Assembly: GCA_964016885.1 (NCBI GenBank)
Contig: OZ024742.1
Span: 183,892,001 to 183,956,000 of the forward strand
Direction: 5' to 3'
Length of the DNA stretch: 64,000 bases
Source: Eledone cirrhosa
Lineage: Eukaryota
This document shows positions 44,575 through 59,034 of the stretch, in pieces. The translations under genes were made by a program, and so were the position numbers. How positions within the stretch are numbered: position 1 is the first letter of the stretch; the number at the start of each line of letters is the position of its first letter. A model generated the notes under the pieces. That model was not told where the DNA came from. It ran no database searches and saw only the letters and a list, made by a program, of their open reading frames with translations.

Positions 44575-44840
44575 CATATATATATATAATCTAATATATA
44601 AAAATATGTATATATATATATATATATCACGATAAATTAAAGGAGCCATACGCACACATACACACACACATATATATTTATATATACATATTTAATCTAA
44701 TATATAGATATGTATATATATATACATATGTATGTGTGTGTGTGTGTATATATATATATATACACATATTTATATATATTAGATTATATATATAAACTAA
44801 TTATATATATATATATATGTGTGTACGTGTGTGTGTACAA

Positions 44841-44939
<99 letters not shown>

Positions 44940-45088
44940 TATATATCATATATATATATATATATATCAATACACATATATATATATAACCAAAGATTAA
45001 TATGGTTCATTGATTACTCAATGAATATAGTTTTACAATAGATTAAAAGCACTCTACAAACAAGTTTTCTGGAGTTATTATTATACAC

Positions 45089-45292
45089 AATAATAATAAA
45101 TGAAGACATTCACATAATCAAATATATGTTTTCCTATATTTATTTCGAAGGTACTGTGCTGTTTTTCAGTACGTCCTCGTCAGATAAAATACATGAATTG
45201 ATGTATGACATACCTCAGCGTTCTTGATAGTTCAATTCCAATATTGGCAGTCAGTATATATATTTACATATATATATATAAGGTATATATAT

Positions 45293-45353
<61 letters not shown>

Positions 45354-46016
45354 CATATATTTATATATATATATATACACACAAGTAACATTTTTAATAG
45401 TAACATGCCCGATTTCTTCGGGAGAAAGAAAAAAATGAAAGCAAAAAGGAAATAGAGAAGAATTGACCCCTGTATTAAATAGGTACTTTATTTATTGAGC
45501 TCAAATGGATGAAAGGCAAAGTCAACCTCGGTAAGATTTAAACTCACACGACTGAATGGTAAAAAATACTGAGTTATTTAATCTGCGGTTTTAACATACA
45601 ACTTATAAATGTCTATATATTACAACCATTTTAAGCCAGTATTTGTGAAGATATTTCTAAGAATGGGAGAACAACAGGGAAAATGTGTGGATAGTTTTAA
45701 CAAAGGTACATCTGGACATCTTTGCACCTTATGGAAAACAATTTCTTTTCACAATATATAAAAATTGTCACAAATACAAACATATTATTAATAACCCGGC
45801 ATTATCCGGCTTACGTGTGTATATATATATATATATATATATACACTTTAACTTTAATTATATCTCATAAAATAATACAACTGGTTTTTCCACATTATAC
45901 ATATTGTTAGCACCCCAAACACTTAAATTGGGTTTATATTTTAATATAACCTAATGTTTGTTGAGTGAGATGGTTACCAGTCAGAGTTTAGCTTTAAACT
46001 ATCTCTGTTATTGTAT

Positions 46017-46107
<91 letters not shown>

Positions 46108-46933
46108 AATGAATAATAACAGGTAGACATCATAAAAAGGTAATTTATTCTGTGCTTACAAATGTTTCCACGGTGGTTACACAGCCTAGTTATGCTATGT
46201 GCAAATTTATAACTATTTGCAAAATCAATTATCAAATGCTGTGACCACTGTATCATCAGAGCAGAATGGTTTGTATTGTATTTGTGACAATTTTTATATG
46301 TTGTGAAAAGAAATTGTTTTCCATAAGGTGCCCAGATGTACCTTTGTTAAAACTATCCACACATTTTCCCTGTTGTTCTCCCATTCTTACAAATATCTTC
46401 ACAAATACTGGCTTAAAATGGTTGTAATATATAGACATTTATAAGTTGTGTGTTAAAACCGCAGATTAAATAACTCAGTATTTTTTACGGTTCACTGCCG
46501 TCTGAGTTTAAATCTTACCGAGGTTAACCTTGCCTTTTATCCATTTGAGCTCAATAAATAAAGTACCTATTTAATACAGGGGTCAATTCTTCTCTATTTC
46601 CTTTTTGCTTTCATTATTTTCTTTCTCCCGGAGAAATCGGGCATGTTACTATTAAATGTTACTAGTGTGTGTGTATGTGTGTATATATTTATATATATAT
46701 ATATAAATATATGAAATATGTATATATATATATATATACCTTATATATATATGTAAATATATATACTGACTGCCAATACTGGAATTGAACTATCAAGACC
46801 GTTGAAGTATGTCATACATCAATTCATGTATTTTATCTGACGAGGACGTACTGAAAAAACAGCACAGTACCTTCGAAATATATATAATAAAACATATATT
46901 TTGATTATGTGAATGTCTTCATTTATTATTATT
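45089..46933. repeat. Long inverted repeat, arms 45089-45779 and 46276-46933
   Basis: Collinear reverse-complement match including a hammerhead island, (TA)n and a SINE remnant. Confidence 0.9.
46831..46892 (+). ncRNA. Type I hammerhead ribozyme (family N)
   Basis: ttttat-CTGACGA-gga c gtactg...cagtac c ttc-GAAA-tatata-TA-ataaaa; mirror copy 45129-45189 (minus). Confidence 0.75.
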
Positions 46934-47214
46934 CTCGTATATATGTATATATATATGTATATATATATATATATATACATATATGTATATATATATACAT
47001 ATACATGTATATATATATACATTTAACATTTAGAAGAGAATTCGCTATCAGTTTTAAGTAGTGACTATGTCACTTACTCATTTTAGATGATTGCGTAACT
47101 GCACCTATGATTGCGAAAGAATCTGACGAAGTTACGGAAATAACCATGTAACAGAAATATATATATCATGCAATAAGCAATGATGGTGAATTAATCCCGT
47201 CTTAACTACCATTA

Positions 47215-47600
47215 TTTTGGTAGAGGGTTGGATGCCATGCTTTGATGCATAGAGTTACGGCCCTTGCCATTCTGAGTTCAAATCCCGCCGAGGTTAACTT
47301 TGCCTTTCATCCTTACGGGGTCGATAAAATAAAGTACCAGTAATGCACTGGGTATTTGCTGGCCATGTGCCAAAAGTAGAAACAATTATTTTGGTGGATT
47401 GGCAGTATCGGTAGAGGGTCGGACACCATGCTTTGACGCATAGAGTTACGGCCCTTGCCATACTGTGTTCAAATCTCGCCTTTCATCCTTACGGAGTCGA
47501 TAAAATAAAGTACCAGTAATGTACTGGGTAATTGCTGGCCAGTAAAGTACCAGTAATGTACTGGGTAATTGCTGGCCTTGTGCTAATAGTAGAAATAATT
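47215..47600 (+). mobile_element. Two tandem young SINEs
   Basis: Consensus match; the second has an internal ~34-bp duplication. Confidence 0.85.
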
Positions 47601-47790
47601 ATTTTATATATATATATATATATATACATATAGGAAAAGTTCAGGACCCCCGACGGCTGAGCCCCGGCCGTTTCGACAGCTATATGTATATGACCTTGCT
47701 AACACACCAGAATAACAGGACACTGACTCAACCGTAATATTTAAATACTCATTCTCTCGAACGTCAATAGGAAACGCATATACATACACG

Positions 47791-47859
<69 letters not shown>

Positions 47860-49266
47860 ACACACACACACACACACACACACGCGTATATATGTGTATG
47901 TGTGTAGTTAATTGTCTGTCTCCATTAACGTTCTGTGTTCGAATCCCGCCGAAGTCTACATCAAACTTTTCTATTCTGATGCCGATAAACAAAAGTGAGT
48001 CAAGTACAGGGGTGATATAATCGATTGTTATTTTCACGGGATAAGTGGCTTTGCGCCCCAATTTGATCAATTAGAAATCCTTACCATCATTTATTAACCG
48101 CAGGGCGGTGAATTGGTAGAGTCCTTAAAACGTGAGACAAATTTACGATATTTAGTTACGGCTTTTTATTCTCTGTGTTCAAATCTCACCGAGGTTAATT
48201 TTGCTTTTCGTTATTTCTGTGTCGAAAAAAAAGTACTGGGGTCATTATAATCGACTTTCTCCTCTCCCAAAATTGTGGGCTTTATGCTTTAATTAGAAGC
48301 CATTGCTAATGACTGAAACAAAAACAAGATAAAGTAAATATAAAAAGTAGAATACCGTAAAGACAATTACGATGGAGGAGGGGGGCAGATATATTTAAAA
48401 GTTAACTAGAAAGAGTGTTACTTTTAAAAACAGATGTGGTAATGGTTGTTATTAATATAAGCCATTAGGCTTGGAATTCCTGATAGAATCATGGGAGTGC
48501 CGTCCTGACACAAGGCATGCCTTGGCTATTCTAAAACTGGCAGACCTCATTCTTCTTCTGGTTTGAACGCAGCCGATTTCTTCGAGAAAAAGAGAAAGAA
48601 AAAGTGGCTAAAAATTTGACCGGTGCCTTTGCATCAAATTATTTATGGTAACAAAAAACTAATCTTGGGCACTTTAAATATTGTGGGACCCTAAGCTACT
48701 ATACCCAACACTTAATCCGCCACTGTACTTCACTAGTATTACATTATAACATTCTTTAAAGGATGAAAAGTTGACTTTTGTATGATTCGAACTCCGAACG
48801 AAGAAAGAATTTTGAACAAAGACTGCAAATTATTTTGTCCGACGCTCTAGCGATTCCACCAATCTTCCGTTCACAGTTACAGTGATAATGGTAATGGTAT
48901 CTCTTCAGTTAGGCAGAGTCCTTAAGGAGTCCAGTTAAAAAGGCTTCTATATTCGTTCAACCCCACTGCTCCCTGAGTTCAAATCACACCAATGTCAACT
49001 TTTCCTTTCGTCCTGTTAACGTCGATGAATAAAGTACCACTGGGAGGTGGGGGGTTCTCTCTCAAGAAGAAGAAGAAGAAGAATACTTGAAGAGGGATGT
49101 GTTACGCTAGATTTAAAATGCTCAAGACACGAGTGTCAGAACGGCGTCCCTACGACTCCACCCGGAGTTAAGGGCTCTACTTTCTTTTCTCTTTCCAGTA
49201 GCATAACATGCACATTACCTCCAACCCACGACTCATAATGGCGATCTAAATAACCAGTTTATGTAA

Positions 49267-49300
<34 letters not shown>

Positions 49301-49646
49301 TATGCCGGAATGAAAGCAACCAACAAACATAATATAGCAGTTGTTATAGAGGAAGACTTATTAGTGTTGGTGTGTGATTAATTTAATATATTCTGTATTA
49401 AATATATTTTCTTTGCTTAATTTACTTTTCAGCAGAGTAAAAAAGAAAAGGGAGGGCGTGTTAATGAAAGGAGCATTTGTAATTTGACAGTGAGTGACGG
49501 CGAGGAGGCAGGCTGTAAGTATTTAAAAGTATTTGTAGGCGGAGATTACTTCAACTGACACGCCCTCATTGCCTCACGGTCTTTTTTCCTTAACGCCAGG
49601 CATTTGATACGACAGCGGCTGCTTCATATATACATATATATGTGTG

Positions 49647-49679
<33 letters not shown>

Positions 49680-50288
49680 GGAGAAGGAGAGTGAGAAAGA
49701 GAGAGGGAGAGAGAAAGAGAGATAGGTAGAGAGATAGATAGATACAGATATATAGAGATATACATTAAGTAGCAAGTAGCTATGACGCAGGTTGAGCAGC
49801 CAAACAGTGCAGCCAACACACAGACACAGAAATTACAAGCTATGTACAATTAGAAACGAAGACAAGAACAGTGACGACAAACAGTTTTTGTTGTTATTAC
49901 TGTTGTTGCATTCACTTCGTTTATGTTCGTGTTTCTCACACATTGATCTTACAGTGGTAGTGGTGATAGTAATGGTAGTATTGATAGTGTTGTTAATGGC
50001 GAAGGTCATACTGATTGTTGTAGTGATGGTATTGGTGGCGATGATAGTCATATTATATAGTTGCATGAGTCGACATTTTATACAAATTTTAATTGAATTT
50101 TATAATGTTTGCAACGAAAACAAAAGAAAATGTAAGAGAAAACATATAGCTAAAGCGAAAGGGGGACAAAACTCGACTGGATTTTAACTGTTTTATATCT
50201 GTCCTAGTTGTTTAACTGCTATTTCTTTCTTATTTTTTTAATGTTTTGCCTTCTCGCTACACACACAGACACTCTCTCACAAACACAA

Positions 50289-50335
<47 letters not shown>

Positions 50336-50759
50336 TTTGTTTCTCATGAGATACCTTAGGTGGCTAATTGGCAACGTCGTTGCAACGTCAGATAGAATGC
50401 GTTGCGGTATTCGCTGTGGCTCGCTTCTCTCAGAGTTCAAATCCCGTCTAAGTGAACGTTGCCTTTCGAGGTCGAGGAAAAAAGTACCTGTACGCTACTG
50501 GTGTTGATTCTTCTTCTATATATCTTTCTCCCCCCACCCATACACTCCCCCCCCCTCCCTCTCTCTCTCATACACACACACACACACACTCACTCACTCA
50601 CTCATTCCGTGGAAGAAAGGAATCGGCTGTGTTCAGACTTGAAGAGGAGAAGGCCACTGACGGCATGCTTTTTAAAACATTGTATGTCACACATCGTATG
50701 TCACGACTACGCCCCTACCATTAGATACACGAATGATTAATCGATTGAATAAATATATA

Positions 50760-51243
50760 CAGTAGTCCCCCGATATTCGCGGGAGTTACGTTCCTAGAGC
50801 ATGCGCGAAGTGAAAACCCGCGAATATTGGATGTGGTCCATAAAAATGCCTATAAACGTCAAAATATAACATAAAATATAATTTAAAAAAAAAAAGGGAG
50901 CGTTTTATGCGAAGGGGCATCCATCCAATAGGCCAGCAAATATGGTATATTGTTATTCAGGACTTTAGAGTTAAAGAATATATATATTTGTTTCTGCTTT
51001 AGGCACAAGGCCAGCAATAACCCAGTTCATTACTGGTACTTTATTTTATCGACCCCGTAAGGATGAAAGGCAAAGTCAACCTCGGCGGGATATTGCCACG
51101 AAAAAAGCCATTAAAAGAATCGTAGAAGATATTTACGATTTCGTGAATAAGCGGTGGTTTCCAGGTTTCCACGAACAAGTATTAGTTAGGTTCTATGGAA
51201 AATTCCGCGAATAACCGGGACCGCAAATACCGGGGGTACACTG
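50760..51243. mobile_element. pogo/Tigger-type MITE with nested SINE 3' half (50990-51092, minus)
   Basis: TA|cagtagtcccccgatattcgcgg...ccgcaaataccgggggtacactg|TA. Confidence 0.8.
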
Positions 51244-51480
51244 TATACCAATAAATAAATAAACAAATACCGTCTTTGTGTAGTTTAAAGTTGAGAAAGG
51301 CATACATTTCTTTTACTATTGGTTTCAGTCAGCCGACTATGGTTTTACGAGAACAATGGAATTATATATATATATATATTACACATATGTATGTAAAAAT
51401 GTATATATATATATATATATATAAGTGTGTACACGTACATACATATATGTATACAGACGTACAGTAGTACAGGAAGGTAT

Positions 51481-51523
51481 ACGTTGCTGACGATAGCTAA
51501 TAAGCTTGAAACTAGTACAGCGT
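51481..51523 (+). ncRNA. Minimal type I hammerhead (family O) in element 51420-51790
   Basis: acgttg-CTGACGA-t agct aata agct t-GAAA-CTAG-TA-cagcgt; 6-bp stem I; palindrome ACTAGT. Confidence 0.85.
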
Positions 51524-51784
51524 TCCTTTGTCAGTGTTGAACAAACGAGCAACGATGGTTGCTGGACACTACGGCTTAATGCGGGATGTTTGTTTACAAA
51601 CACACCGAGCATTATAATAAATGTTCGGTGAATCCATACGTACATATATATATGCGTGCATGTATGTATATGTATATACATACTACTGTACGTCTGTATA
51701 CATATATGTATGTACGTGTACATACTTATATTTAAGTAACAGCCGTACTAAGAGTGGGAAATGAAATTTCGTTTCATTTTTTCC

Positions 51785-51851
<67 letters not shown>

Positions 51852-51922
51852 AATATATATAAATATATATAAATATATATAAATATATATAAATATATAT
51901 AAATATATATAAATATATATAA

Positions 51923-52022
<100 letters not shown>

Positions 52023-52230
52023 ATGTATGTATATATATATATATATACTTGTTTCCTTCTACCTCTCTTTCTGCTGCTTAAACCATTTTGTTTGTTTACC
52101 CTAGCGTCCCCTTTATTTACGTGTCCCAACGACTTTTTTTTAGCCCTTGCTCGCACCAACCTGAGGTATATGGCCTTTAATGCGACGAAATGCCTACGAC
52201 GGTTGGATGGCCACTGATGAGGACAAACTT

Positions 52231-52315
<85 letters not shown>

Positions 52316-52344
52316 TACATATATATATATATGTATACATATAT

Positions 52345-52880
52345 ACAGTATATACTTAAAGTGTTATAGAGAGCATTCACTAGTAAAATAACTTCGTTGA
52401 AAGACGTGAATCACTGGGAACGTCTGAAAGCTCTGCGTCTCAAATATTTTGAACGACGAAGAGAGATATCAGACTCATACAATATCAGTCTGATACAATA
52501 GAGTGTTTTTTTGCACCAATTTGTGCATTAAAAATTCTCTTTAATACCGACATTTTGAACATAACTGACCAGGATCTTACATACGTGTATAGTGGTATAT
52601 CTCATACCACTATACACGTATGTAAGATCCTGGTCAGTTATGTTCAAAATGTCGGTATTAAAGAGAATTTTTAATGCACAAACTGGTGCAAAAAAACACT
52701 CTATTGTATCAGACTGATATTTAAAGACCCTCAAGCGTTTAACTGCCTACCTAATGAAATGAGAAATAAAAAAGGCACCATTTAAAAAATCATTTGATAA
52801 ACTCCTAACCGTGATTCAGGACCAGCCACCTAATAAAGAGGCACTAAAGGAAGATCAGCTGCTACAAACTCAATTACAAA
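52345..52880 (+). pseudogene. CR1-type LINE ORF2 C-terminal remnant interrupted by a palindrome
   Basis: [32 protein letters not shown] ... PQAFNCLPNEMRN..FKKSFDKLLTVIQDQP..RSAATNSI. Confidence 0.75.
52481..52721. repeat. Near-perfect 241-bp palindrome (118-bp arms, 5-nt loop)
   Basis: aatatcagtctgatac...gtggtat-atctc-ataccac...gtatcagactgatatt; one mismatch seen. Confidence 0.95.
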
Positions 52881-53173
52881 AAGCGTCGCGGTGGGGTTTT
52901 TACCTACCTCCATTCATATTCTGCTAAATCCCATGCATAGAGTACTCCCCTGATTTGTCGTTTACCTGCTCTCAGCACCACAGGCATTATTTATGTACCT
53001 ATTTATATATATATATATATTTTTTTTTTTTACTAAAGAAATTTCAGCCTGATAGTGGGGTTTAAGAACCCTTTCTGAGCACTATCAGGCTAAAATTTCT
53101 TTAGTAAAAAAAATACGTGAAAGCTTCTATTTCCTAATTTAAAACTTGCTCGCTGTTTCAAAACATACTTACT

Positions 53174-53253
<80 letters not shown>

Positions 53254-53257
<4 letters not shown>

Positions 53258-53358
53258 GGAAAAATGAAACGAAATTTGATTTCCCACTCTTAGTACGGCT
53301 GCTACGTAAATATAAGTATGTACACGTACATACATATATGTATACAGACGTACAGTAG

Positions 53359-53400
<42 letters not shown>

Positions 53401-53810
53401 CACGCACACACATATATATATATATGTACGTATGGATCCACCGAACATCCACTATAATGCTCGCTGTGTTTGTAAACAAACATCCCGTATTAAGCCGTAG
53501 TGTCCAGCAACCATCGCTGCTCGTTTGTTCAACACTGACAAAGGAACGCTGTACTAGTTTCAAGCTTATTAGCTATCGTCAGCAACGTATACATTCCTGC
53601 CAGATTGTTGAACGTATATACTTACCTTATGCATATTAACGGCTGAGTAGCCCAATTTGCATATCGAGTGGGTTAATCGGCCCGGTGCACCGAAAACGAT
53701 AAACGGAAAAAAATGAAACGAAAGTTCATTTCCCACTCTTAGTACGGCTGTTACTTAAATGTAAGTATGTACATGTACATACATATATGTATACAGACGT
53801 ACAGTAGTAT
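53254..53810 (-). mobile_element. Family O element in partial head-to-tail tandem with hammerhead at 53546-53588
   Basis: Identical ribozyme to 51481 on minus strand; terminus aaacggaaaa..tgaaacg recurs at 53254 and 53701. Confidence 0.8.
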
Positions 53811-53942
53811 ATATATATATATATATATATATGATTTTTAATGCGATGAAATACCAATGAAGGTTGGAAAATCACTGACGAAGGACTATTTTCATCATAT
53901 GTAACCCATGTGCAACCACGCAGTATTCTTCTTTCTTCTCAT

Positions 53943-54007
<65 letters not shown>

Positions 54008-54067
54008 CTTGTATATATATATATATTTATATATATCTATATATCTATATATCTATATATATATACA

Positions 54068-54103
<36 letters not shown>

Positions 54104-54163
54104 CTTGTATATATATATATATTTATATATATCTATATATCTATATATCTATATATATATACA

Positions 54164-54213
<50 letters not shown>

Positions 54214-54224
54214 TAAATAGATAG

Positions 54225-54297
<73 letters not shown>

Positions 54298-54451
54298 TAT
54301 GTACACGTACATACATATATGTATACATACTACTGTACGTCTGTGTACATATATGTATGTACGTGTACATACATATATGTACGTGTACATACATATATTT
54401 AAGTTACAGCCGTACTAAGAGTGGGAAATGAAATTTCGTTTCATTTTTTCT

Positions 54452-54901
<450 letters not shown>

Positions 54902-55065
54902 ATATATACATATACATATATATATACATATACATATATATATACATATACATATATATATATATATCGACAGTTGATCGACTTTCGTCAAATCGGACCG
55001 AGGAAACAATGTTTCCGTTGGTCTTTCCAATTGGTAGTACTCTATCGGTCGCAACTCCAAGTAGA

Positions 55066-55413
<348 letters not shown>

Positions 55414-55415
55414 AA

Positions 55416-55454
<39 letters not shown>

Positions 55455-55686
55455 TATGTATATGTAAATAAATATATATATATATATATATGTAGATAAA
55501 TCTACCAAGAGTTTACGGTAGTGTCCAATCCGTATGAAGAACTCAATGTATTCCGGATACCATGGAAAGAAGAGATGTAATGAAAAATTCCTTTCGGTGA
55601 AAGATAAACGGTATACAGAGTCAAGATAAAATATTAAACAAATAATGAATAAAACAATGAAACAGTTCCTTATATTAAATTATTAG

Positions 55687-55835
55687 ATTATTTCTGAAGA
55701 CGGCGTATATGTGTGTTTGGTATGTATATTTAATCTTGATAGTTTGTATAATTTTGTATAATTTTGTACATAGATCTGTTGAATATGCATGCCAATTCTA
55801 ACACATATATATCCTAGAAACGATCGTTAAATAAT
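55687..55835 (+). ncRNA. Type I hammerhead with ~115-nt stem II (family P)
   Basis: attattt-CTGAAGA...GAAA-CGATCG-TT-aaataat; stem II tatatgtgt/acacatata and ttggtatgtatattt/gaatatgcatgccaa. Confidence 0.8.
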
Positions 55836-55892
55836 GAACTTTTTTTGTTTAATATAAGGAACTGTTTCATTGTTTTATTCATTATTTGTTTA

Positions 55893-55978
<86 letters not shown>

Positions 55979-56084
55979 AATGTAATGAATCAAAACATCA
56001 CATATGTTTAGAATATTGTGTTTCTCAACAAGTAAGCTCAATAGACTTTATCTGGTGCCGTAATGTATGTACATATGTTTATAT

Positions 56085-56248
<164 letters not shown>

Positions 56249-56343
56249 GAAGTAATTCCATCGGAAAGGTCCAGGAAAAAAGAGTGCTCTATGTAGGTTA
56301 CAGAACTGGTAAATGAAATAATTATCTTATGTTGTTTATTACA

Positions 56344-56378
<35 letters not shown>

Positions 56379-56474
56379 ATATATATACATTACGGCTCTA
56401 GATAAAGTCTGTTGAGCTTACTTATTGAGAAACACAAAATTCTAAACATATTTGATGTTTTGATTCATTATTTG

Positions 56475-56506
<32 letters not shown>

Positions 56507-56612
56507 TATACATATAAATATATATGTGCATATATATATCTATATCTATATATATCTATATGTATATATGTATATGTGCATATATATATATATATATGTA
56601 TATATGTATATA

Positions 56613-56661
<49 letters not shown>

Positions 56662-56712
56662 TAATATATGTGCATATATATATATGTTTAAATATGTACC
56701 CATTTATATGTA

Positions 56713-56758
<46 letters not shown>

Positions 56759-56799
56759 CGAAACATAAGTCAATTGCATGAACCCATAATCCTTTATTT

Positions 56800-56855
56800 A
56801 CTGCTATATATATTTCGATGATAGCCATTGAATAGCTATGACCTCATCAGGCAGT
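56800..56855 (-). ncRNA. Type I hammerhead (family D) in element 56755-56920
   Basis: Reverse complement of the 22642 motif, with the same element ends. Confidence 0.8.
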
Positions 56856-57104
56856 TAGTCAGTTCTTAGATATGCCAACTCTGTGTTTATGGTGTTGATG
56901 GTATCAGACCCTTGGGACATATGTATACATGCACCCACATATATACATATATACATATATACATATATATATACATATGTACGTATGGGTTACATCGGAC
57001 ATTAATAATAATGTTTGATTCGTTTGCAAACAAATGGCCCGATTTGAAGCTGTGCCTTACCGGTGACCGATCTTCACCTGTTTGTTCAACACTGATTTTG
57101 AGGA

Positions 57105-57147
57105 ACAATCAACATGTTTCTGGGTCATTACCCTTCATAAGGACTAT
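57105..57147 (-). ncRNA. Minimal hammerhead with one core mutation (distant family O relative)
   Basis: atagtc-CTTATGA-a gggt aatg accc a-GAAA-CATG-TT-gattgt. Confidence 0.6.
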
Positions 57148-57286
57148 ATACCTCAGGTTTGAACTCAGAGAGCAGAGAGCCGCATCTCATACCATAAAGC
57201 ATTCTATCTGACATTCTACCAATTTGCCTATATATATATATATATATATGTATCCTCGCTATGCCTGGAGACTTACACGGAAAAAG

Positions 57287-57369
57287 ACTTTCCTGATGAC
57301 GGAATGATTTTCAATATGTTTCTTCGGAAAATATATTTACTCCATTCCAGAAACTAATTAGTTGGAAGT
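57287..57369 (+). ncRNA. Type I hammerhead (family G)
   Basis: actttc-CTGATGA-c ggaatg...cattcc a-GAAA-CTAATTAG-TT-ggaagt; truncated relative at 20719-20845 (minus). Confidence 0.8.
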
Positions 57370-57442
57370 GATTTTTTAGTAAGTAAGTTAATTTTATTTT
57401 ATAATTTTATTATTTTACGTCTCTCATATATATATATGTATG

Positions 57443-57498
<56 letters not shown>

Positions 57499-57503
<5 letters not shown>

Positions 57504-58231
57504 CCTGAATGACCCGGCGTTGCCCGAGTTACTACTGTTCTTATTCAGATTAGTAAATAATAAATATGGAGATATATTTTTTTCTCATAATTATTTCAAA
57601 ATATCTACATTTTATTAAAACATTGTAATGATAATAGAATTTAGAAATGAAGATCTGTCAATCTTGAAGCACCTCAGGGTAAACAATATTCATTGTGTAT
57701 TTCTTTGTTGGTGTCCAAATGCATAAATTGTTGCTGCTTCCAACCCGTGAGCAACGAACATAGAGTTGGCCGTGGGAGAAACATGCATTAGATAGATAAA
57801 CTACCTTGAGCAATTGACCCTGAGATTTGTTAATTGAAATAACAAAACTTAGTTTGACTGCTAACTGAAGCCTCTTAAATTCAACCTCACATACATTCTC
57901 ACACAGATGTTATATGTATGTGTAGATGTGTGTGTTTAATTCTCTGTGTAGCTGATTACGTGAACATGTATGCGTATGAAACTTACTAAGGCCTAACGTA
58001 TGTAACGAACGCGCAAACACACACACACTCACAGACACACACATACTCATATAGAAAATGTGACGTCGTCGTCGTGTTAGAAAATGTCGTTTGTAGTTTA
58101 TAGTAGAATATTTTAGATAAAATGTTATATTGTTTTAATCCAAATATTATTACCTTGTAAAATTTGATTTGCTTTGGTCGAGCCGTTTGGAAATGCATTA
58201 GAAAACAGAGAGAGAGAGACAGAGAGACAAA

Positions 58232-58240
<9 letters not shown>
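57499..58240 (-). mobile_element. Internally deleted Helitron
   Basis: Subterminal hairpin acccggcgttgcccgagt near 57515; helicase remnant; microsatellite-bearing 5' end; terminal CTAG degenerate. Confidence 0.7.
57658..57882 (-). pseudogene. Helitron RepHel Pif1-family helicase C-terminal fragment
   Basis: EFKRLQLAVKLSFVISINKSQGQLLKVVYLSNACFSHGQLYVRCSRVG...NIVYPEVLQD*; Pif1 motifs TINKSQGQ and FSHGQLYVA.SR. Confidence 0.9.
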
Positions 58241-58330
<90 letters not shown>

Positions 58331-58361
58331 AGTGTAATTTACTACACAAAACGAAGATTAT

Positions 58362-58567
58362 AGAGAAAATTGAGGTTGGTAATGGCACATGGAATATATA
58401 AGAGACAGAATACTTTTTTGTGAAAAAACATATAATTTTATAAGGTCAGGAAATAATAATATATACCCTTTATTATTTCCTTACCTTATAAAATTATATG
58501 TTTTTTCACAAAAAAGTATTCTGTCTCTTATATATTCCATGTGCCATTACCAACCTCAATTTTCTCT
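58362..58567. repeat. Fold-back palindrome (~100-bp arms) between microsatellites
   Basis: agagaaaattgaggttgg...ggaaataataa / ttattatttcc...ccaacctcaattttctct. Confidence 0.9.
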
Positions 58568-58807
58568 CTCTCTATATATATATATATATAATATATAAGA
58601 AGTTGACGGTACTAGCATAAGGTGTCCCTACTATTACCGGTTGCAGCTCAGCGTACTCCATATGTAAGGTTATGTAAAAATCCCAGAGAAGACAAAGTTA
58701 ATTGCCTCAATACAACACACGTAAATGGGTACCATACATCTATACCAGTACTCGAGTTTCGATATATATATATATATATATATGCATATATGTAGACACA
58801 CACACAC

Positions 58808-58898
<91 letters not shown>

Positions 58899-58914
58899 TA
58901 TATATGTGTTTGTG

Positions 58915-58952
<38 letters not shown>

Positions 58953-58959
58953 TGTGCGT

Positions 58960-59023
<64 letters not shown>

Positions 59024-59034
59024 ATATATACATA

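Noticed and set aside
52170-52232. GAAA...CTGATGA as a type II hammerhead (also 28500 minus, 53848)
   Set aside because: Could not pair stems I-III convincingly in any of the three copies
53642-53698. Plus-strand CTGAGTA...GAAA
   Set aside because: Core mismatch and no stem I/III; the real family O motif is on the minus strand
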